Origin: the human T2T-CHM13v2.0 reference genome, Homo sapiens
DNA length: 64,000 nucleotides
NCBI RefSeq assembly: GCF_009914755.1
Contig: NC_060934.1
Direction: 5' to 3' (one strand)
Of this stretch, positions 56,449-64,000 are shown one piece after another. The number at the start of each line of letters is the position of its first letter. Position 1 is the first letter of the stretch. The translations under genes were made by a program, and so were the position numbers. A model generated the notes under the pieces. That model worked only from the letters and a program-made list of their open reading frames with translations, was not told the DNA's origin and did no database searches.

Positions 56449-56489
56449 AAAAAGAAAGGAATCATGTTCTTTACAGCAACATGGATAGA

Positions 56490-56843
<354 letters not shown>

Positions 56844-57094
56844 TCATATGTTTTGACTTATAAGTGGGAGCTAAACTTTGAGAACACATGGACACACAGA
56901 GGAGAACATCAGACACCAGGACCTACCTGCAGGTGGAAGGTAAAAGGAGGTATAGGATGGAAAAACTACCCATCAGTTACTATGTTTACTTGTGCAATGA
57001 CATACTCTGCACACCAAACCCCTGTGACATGCAATTCACCTTTATAAGAAACCTGCACATATACCCTTGAAACTAAAATAGAAGTTAAAAATGT

Positions 57095-57222
57095 TTATGC
57101 CATTTTGCTGTGTGGCTCTTTCCCTCACGTCTACGAGAGGGCTGCTGTTTCCTCAGTTTTCAAACCTGTGTTCTGTGGAGAAGGAGCTAAAAGGCAAGTA
57201 GGCAGAGAGTAAAAAAAAAAAA
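57095..57222 (+). repeat. Copy 1 of a 116-bp + poly(A) local duplication
   Basis: 57095-57210 is identical to 58420-58535 at 114 of 116 positions. Both are followed by an A-tract. Confidence 0.95.
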
Positions 57223-58229
57223 TTAAAACCTTAAAAAAGTGAAAATGTTGAAATTCAGGAGATATGTGTATCTCTTACAATGTTTTAGTTACTATAGTGG
57301 TGAATATTGTTAGTTTAAGAATGTTTTTTAAATAAATAAATAAATCGATGTATCCAAAGTGAACAGCATCTAACTTGAAGCAGCTCAAAATTCCATTTAG
57401 TAATTTCCCTAAGAATGAGTTTTAAAAATCTCAGGTATACATATTGTTATAGTATTGAAAGTGAGCAATGGGTAATATTTGAAATGGAACTAGAAATTGT
57501 AAGTGCAAATTTCTTAAGAGTTAGTGCATATATGACAGAAACCAATCTTGGCTATAACTATACTAAATTATTCACAAGGACATTGCTAATAAATTGACTT
57601 AGAAAAACACCTGTCATAAATCTAGGTCGGCCTATGATACCAGATTTAGAAGTTATGCCAAATCCTTATCTTCATGGTCATGAAAATAAAGTTATCAAAA
57701 CAAACAAATTAACTAACAGACAAATTGTACAAGATCCTCAAGGAATACATGAGAAGAATGTCCAATAATAATACATGGCTTGTAGATTGAGATGAGGAAT
57801 TGCAGAGTAGAAATGTTTGTATTTGACTCAAACCATTTAACCTATAAATATTTGAAAATATACAAATGATTTAAGAATTTTTAATTTGTTTTCCCATATT
57901 ACAAGAAAAAATATTGCTTATATAATTTAGCAAGATACATAAGTCCTATGATCTTATCCCTGCCCAATTTTCTGGCCAAATCGTCAGTGCTCTATTCCTA
58001 CTTAACTTCTTCTCTGTGTAATAATAAAGAGCAGCCCTTTGTGTTCAACCACTTTCTATTGCAGAGTGAAACTTTTCAAACTGTACTAACTGCAGCTACC
58101 AATTAATACAGACCCTGAGTCTTGCTCAACATTATACTGTCGGCTCTTAACATAGTGTTGTCAATGGGAGTCCACTCAAGAAACACTGCTTGAATGGACA
58201 CCTGAAACTGCTATTCAAAGGGTGAATGA

Positions 58230-58700
58230 CTTATCTAGATTGCTTAATGTATTAGTGAAGAATTTGTTTATCTGTCAACAATCAGAAGCCAAACAAATAT
58301 TGACTTACTCAAGTAACATTTATCTTTCTCATTTAGCATAAAGTTAAGAGTTGTGTAGTCCAGAGAAAATAGGGTGATTGAACAATTCCCTCAGAAATCC
58401 AGGCTGCTGTGCCTTTACATTATGCCATTTTGCTGTGTGGCTCTTTCCCTCACGTCTATGAGAGGGCTGCTGTTTCCCCAGTTTTCAAACCTGTGTTCTG
58501 TGGAGAAGGAGCTAAAAGGCAAGTAGGCAGAGAGTAAAAAAAAAAAAAAAATGTAGCAGTATCTGCCTTCTTAAAAACATTTACCAGACATCCAGACAAC
58601 AGCTCCATGTTATACCTCTTTGGCTAGACTCATATCATGCGGTCTGTTTTAAATAAAAGGCAGTTTGGGACAGTTACATTTTCTATTGGAAATATCACCA
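58230..58700 (-). mobile_element. Old MLT1 (K/L-like) MaLR LTR remnant containing the source of the duplication
   Basis: Degenerate minus-strand MLT1 motifs (tttatctttctca...gtccag...tctttggctagact...catg). Low similarity. Confidence 0.4.
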
Positions 58701-59074
58701 AGTTAGGATTCTCTTAGCATTGAAGATTGAACTTTCTTGAACAATCACAAGATATTGTTGTCATCCTAAGGAGTCCTCAACACATTTTTTGTGTGTGAAT
58801 AATTTATGTTCCTTCCACAGTTTTTGTTTAGATAAAGTGGTCAGATTTGATATTTGTTTTATCTTATGGTGGTTGTATTCTAGCCATTATCCTATTTGGG
58901 AAATGGCCACTGCCTTAAGGAAATTCGGGCACTGTAATTTCATCTTTGCTGGAGTGTGCTGTTATTTATTAGATAAGTCTCAGTAGAATATTTTGTAACA
59001 GAGTTCTCCTGCCACAGTCTAAAAACCTGATAAGACTTCCCCATACAACACCTTTGTATAGATTTTTTGTTTTG

Positions 59075-59343
59075 ACAGGGTTTCACTCCATCACCCAGGC
59101 TGGAGTGCAGAGCCTTGATCATATCTCACTGCAGCCTCAACCTCCTGAGCTTAAAGGATCCTCCCATCTCAGCCTCCTCAATAGGTGGTACTATTGGTGC
59201 ATGCCACTGCACCTGGCTAATTTTTTTTTTTTTTTTTTTTGCAGAGGCAAGGTCTTGCTTTGTTGCCCAGGCTGCTGGCCTTGAACTCCAGGCTTCAAGC
59301 AATCATCCCATCTTGGCCTTCCAAAATGTGGGGATTACAGGCA
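59075..59343 (-). mobile_element. AluJ-like SINE
   Basis: ctcactgcagcctcaacctcctgagcttaaaggatcctccc, AluJ-type, diverged. Confidence 0.85.
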
Positions 59344-59959
59344 GCATTTTGGAAGGTGACCTGGATAGGCCTAGATCTTATTGTTTAATATACAGAAATA
59401 ATCATTTTTTTAATCATGCAACCTGTAAATTATGTAAATCTCTATTAAATGATATCATATGTCATTATCAAGTGCATTAGATCTCTCTTCCTCTAACTAA
59501 CGAAACTTTCTTCTCTCTCTGATAGTGAAGTGGATAGTGCTGATCTGATATCATCACTATTATTGGTCAAAATTAGCAAAAGTTATAAGAACATGTCAAT
59601 GTTCTGAATTTTTCTTATTCTTCCAACACTTGGTCAGCATGTAGTTTGTCATGAGAAACCAAGTATAAAATTTTGCCTCAATTTTTTTCTAGTATATGAC
59701 AAGGACCATCAGCATTCTAGATGACAATATATATGATGACATCTATAAGATGACAATATATATGTCTTTGCCGACTATCCCTATCAACTATAGCAATGCT
59801 ACGTTTTAAATTATGTTACTTGTAGTATTCTACTTACAAGTACTAATTCTGCATCAGCCAGAACATGTTAAGCTATGAGCAACAAATATTCACCAAACAA
59901 TAACTGAAAAAAGTAAGAAGTTTATTGATTTTGCTTAAGATATAGAGAAATATGGCAGG

Positions 59960-60308
59960 TGCTGTTGCCTAAATATTGGCGGATCCCCAAAATTCATATG
60001 TTAAAACCTAGTCCTAAGTCTGGTGGTGTTAAGAGGTAGGACGTTGGGGAGGTAATTTGGTCATGAGGTCTTCAACTTTTTAATTGGGATTGGCACCATT
60101 ATAAAAGAGGCCCAAAGGAGCTTATTTCCCTCTTCTGCCACATGAGGATGCAACTGGAGAGTACCATCTATCAAGCAGGGAGCATGAACTCACCAGACAT
60201 TGAATCTAGTGCCCTGATCTTGGACTTCCCAGCCCCCAGAACTCTGAGAAGTTTATAAATTACCCAGTCTAAAGTGTTTTATTAAAGTAGCCCAAAGGGA
60301 CTAAAATA
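59960..60308 (+). mobile_element. MLT1A0-like MaLR solo LTR
   Basis: ccccaaaattcatatgttaaaacc...gatcttggacttcccagcc...gactaaaata. 5-bp TSD GCAGG at 59955-59959 and 60309-60313. Confidence 0.82.
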
Positions 60309-60918
60309 GCAGGCATGGTGATTCTATGATAATATTATAAATCAATGATTTTTTCTTTTTTTTTATCTGATTGTTATTGGCACTTGGCTTTTCTACATCA
60401 CATTTATCATTATATACCTGCAACATTTCTAGAAATCATATTTCAGTTGATGCTATATATATAGGCTCATGCTATATATATATACATATATATATAAAGC
60501 TATATATATGTTGTATATAAGAGCCTATATATATACACACATATATATCTATATATATACCATCAGCCTATTAATTAAGAAAAATGTGTGTCAGAAATAG
60601 ACCATATGTTTTCCTTAAGTAGAAAAGCCGATACAAATGAACAATATTCAGTTTTACCTAAAACATCACACTGCAGAAAAACAAATTACTATACAACATT
60701 CAATAGATGTAACAAGAAAGGATGAAGGATCTTAGTGCACAGACAGATGGGTTTTGAAATCACAGAATTAAACAGTTAAATGTATTTGAGCCTATCCTTT
60801 TACTTCAGGATTTCAGATAGTTTTACTTGGTAAATTGCATTGTGCACTCCAAAAGAGCGAATGTGAAAAGCATATTTTCTATCTTTTAAACTAAAGAACA
60901 AGCATGTATTTTGTTTAT

Positions 60919-61200
60919 TGTGTTAGCCAGCTTAGGCTGCCATCACAGCATACCATGGAGTAGGGAGCTTAAACAGAAATTTATTTTGGCCTTTCCCCTG
61001 TGTGAGCCTAGAAGGAGAGAGCTCTATGCTGTCTCTTCCTCTCCTTATAAGGACACCAGCCCTATGGGTGTGGAGCCCCACCCTTATGACTTTATTTAAC
61101 CTTAATCACCTCTTTGAAGGCCCTGTCTCCAAACACAGTTACATCTGAAGTTAGAGCTTCAGCATCTGAATTATAGGAAGACACAATTTAGTCCATAACA
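60919..61200 (-). mobile_element. MLT1B-like MaLR LTR with an internal deletion
   Basis: cttataaggacaccagc...cttatgactttatttaaccttaatcacctc...gtccataaca. Confidence 0.75.
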
Positions 61201-61339
61201 CTTGGTAATTTTATAACACCTTAAATTTTAATTTTAATTAACATAATGGGAGAACCTCGGTATAGCTATTAAATAGTGTGTAGTTTTAAGAGCATATTAA
61301 ATAAAACCATTCCTACATTTTAGCTAAAGGCCTTAAAGG

Positions 61340-62450
61340 CAGAAGGAATTTTCCTAAGATGTCTTCTTTTAAAATATATTCCATTCTGTATGTTCTTATA
61401 ATGAGACTTCTGTATTTGTTCCAGTGAGTATTAACTTTATATCTCATAACCCCAGAGTCAGGTGGATTTTGTGACTGCCTCAACCAATAAAGTATGAAAT
61501 AAGTGACACTATGTGACTTCTGTAGCTGGTATGCAGCTACACAGCCTGCTTCTCTTTGAACATTGGCCCTGAGAGAAACCAGCTATCATGTGATCTGTAC
61601 AACTTCTCAGAGGCTTCCATGCCGTGAAGAAGCCCAAACTAGTGCATGTGGAGAGAACATTTGGAAAGGACTCGAGTCTACATGAAAAGAGATTCCTGAC
61701 CAATACCCAGCTACTCTGGTTCCCTGCTGTTTCATATGCAGCCGTTATCTGACTGTGACCGCCTGAGAGATCTTAAATAAGATCGGCTCATCTGAACCCC
61801 TTCCTGATCTGGAAAAGTCACGGATATAAATAAAATAATTATTTTTATTTCAATCCACTAAGTTTGGGGTTATGCTGAAGGCATAAAAGAAAGCAGGTGG
61901 ATTGTCTGGCAGCACTGTTTCCTGCAACAATGTGACAAATGGGAAATGTGCCTAATGAATTCATTGGTCTAGCTAAGGAAATTTCCAGACAGAATGTAGA
62001 AACTGCCAGCTGACAACAAATTGAAGATAAATTTCTAACAGTCTTAAAAGAAATGAACAAAATTCTTAGAGTGACAGTTTGTAAGCGAATAATGAAAGCA
62101 ACAAAGAACCCTAGGATGAAAAAGATAAACTCTGATGAAATATCTGGGCTTAAAGATATCATCAGAGGACTTGAAATTACAAAATACATGCTAGTGTAAA
62201 ATCTTTATGAAAATATTACAAAATTTTATAAAGAATTTTGTCATATTTTTAAAGGGAAAAGGCATCCCATATGAAGCTACTTTAAAAATGGTGATGTTCA
62301 GTTTAAAATGCATAAATGTTTTCAACCAAAAGCAGAGAGAGATAGTGAAATGAATGACTCTTTTGCAGTTGATTATGGCAGCATGAAAATTATGAGAGGA
62401 GTTAGAGTTGAAACTGTCAGATGTAGTTAAAATATGCACATACAGGTTAC
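61340..62450 (+). mobile_element. MLT1G/H-like LTR with an adjacent internal fragment
   Basis: gtgactgcctcaaccaataaag...gtgaagaagcccaaactag...ccactaagtttgggg, then MaLR-int-like tctagctaaggaaatttccagacagaatgtagaa. Confidence 0.6.
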
Positions 62451-62479
62451 GAAATTGTTAAACGTTTTCATAAAATAAG

Positions 62480-63350
62480 GAGATCAAGAAGAAATAGAAA
62501 GTATGAACAGACCAATAAAAAATAAAAAAATTAAAGGAGTAATAAAAAATCTCCCAAGAAAGAACAGCCCAGGGCCAGATGACTCCATGAGTAAATTTTA
62601 CCAAACATTACAGAAAAAATAATACCAATCCTTAAAGTTTTTTAAAAAAGAAAAGAGGGAACACTTCTGAACTCGCTCTATGAAGCCACCCTGTTACTAA
62701 AGCCAGACAAAGATGCCATAAGAAAAGAAAACTGCAGGCCAATATCCCTGATGAACATAGATGCAAAACTACTCAGTAAAAAACTAGCAAACTGAATACA
62801 TCACATTAAAAGAATCATACACAATGGCTAAGCAGGATTTAATCCGGAATGCAAGGATAGATTCTACATACACAAATTTGTACACCAACCAATGCGATAC
62901 ACCGCATTAACAGAAAGAAGGATAAAAATCACATAATTATCTCAAAAGATGTGGGAAAGTAATTTTATAAAACTCAACACTTTTTCATGACAAAAACTTT
63001 CAAAAATTAAATATAGAAGAAACTTAACACGATAAAGTCCATTTATAAGAAGTTCACAGCAACATCATCCACAATAGTGAAAAGCTGAAAGCTTTCTTTC
63101 GAAGTTCCAGAACAAGGCAAGGATGCCTACTCTAACCTCTGTTATTTTGCATACTGGAAGTCCTATCTAGGAAAATTAGGCTAAAAAAATTTTTTTTTAA
63201 TCCAAATAGAAAAGGAAGGGTAAATCTATTTCTACAAATCATGTAATTTTATATGTAGAAAATTAGATTTCACAAAACATTAGAATTAATAAGCAAAATC
63301 AGTAAAGTCAAAAGACACAAAATCAAAATCAACTTAAAAAATTAGTTTAA
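62480..63350 (+). mobile_element. L1M ORF2 (RT region) fragment
   Basis: aacagcccagggccagatgac...ggccaatatccctgatgaacatagatgcaaaa encodes L1 ORF2 motifs SPGPD and [11 protein letters not shown]. Confidence 0.85.
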
Positions 63351-63364
63351 TTTGTGTACATTAA

Positions 63365-63670
<306 letters not shown>

Positions 63671-63807
63671 CTGATCTATTCTTAAAACATTTTGGGGAAC
63701 TGGTATTACTCAGATATACATGTAGGACTGACAATTGAGTATTAGGAGATGCTAGCACGTGTTTAGAGAAAGTGGGAACATTCCTATTTGCTGATCTTAC
63801 TTTTACT

Positions 63808-63974
63808 GAGAGAAAGAAAGAAATAAAGGGAAAGAAAGAAAGAAAGAGAGAGAGGGAGGGAGGGAAGGAGGGGAAGGGAAGGAGGGAAAGAGGGAGGGAA
63901 GGAAGGAGGGAAGGAAGGAAGGAAAGAAAAGAGGGAGGGAGGAAGGAAGGAAGGAAGGAGAGAGAAAGAGAGCA
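63808..63974. repeat. Polypurine (GAAA)/(GGAA)/(GGGA) compound repeat
   Basis: Directly visible. Confidence 0.95.
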
Positions 63975-64000
63975 AGCTTTGGTTTCTCTGATTGCAAAAG

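Noticed and set aside
59817-59842. Small inverted repeat tacttgta...tacaagta
   Set aside because: An 8-bp AT-rich stem is expected by chance in 64 kb and is not miRNA-like.

Overview
This is AT-rich, CpG-poor primate (human-like) genomic DNA, either intergenic or deep intronic, and it is made largely of transposable-element relics. I find no credible cellular protein-coding exon. The ORF track is explained by decayed ERV and L1 reading frames, Alu-derived ORFs and simple repeats. Main contents: (1) a full-length two-LTR HERV-L provirus with MLT2A1-type LTRs (19821-26554; disrupted gag-pro-RT-RNaseH-IN-dUTPase, no env), inserted inside an older ERV1 solo LTR; (2) a MER9/HERV-K(HML-3) solo LTR with a perfect 6-bp TSD; (3) two near-full-length decayed L1s, one L1MA2/3-like (~31000-37970) and one L1PA15/16-like (~49255-57091) that carries a nested MSTA element and four Alus; (4) many Alus, MaLR LTRs, MIR/L2 remnants, DNA-transposon MITEs and microsatellites. 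Features not explained by simple repeat annotation: a young 116-bp templated local duplication at an L1 tail, a 50-bp direct repeat in apparently unique DNA, an apparent inversion splitting an old L1 ORF1, a 3'-truncated Alu that still has a tail and a TSD, a tiny U6 fragment, and a splice donor kept in the HERV-L 5' LTR but lost from the 3' LTR. I see no evidence for a new multi-gene biological system. Subfamily names come from recalled consensus sequences and need Dfam/RepeatMasker confirmation.
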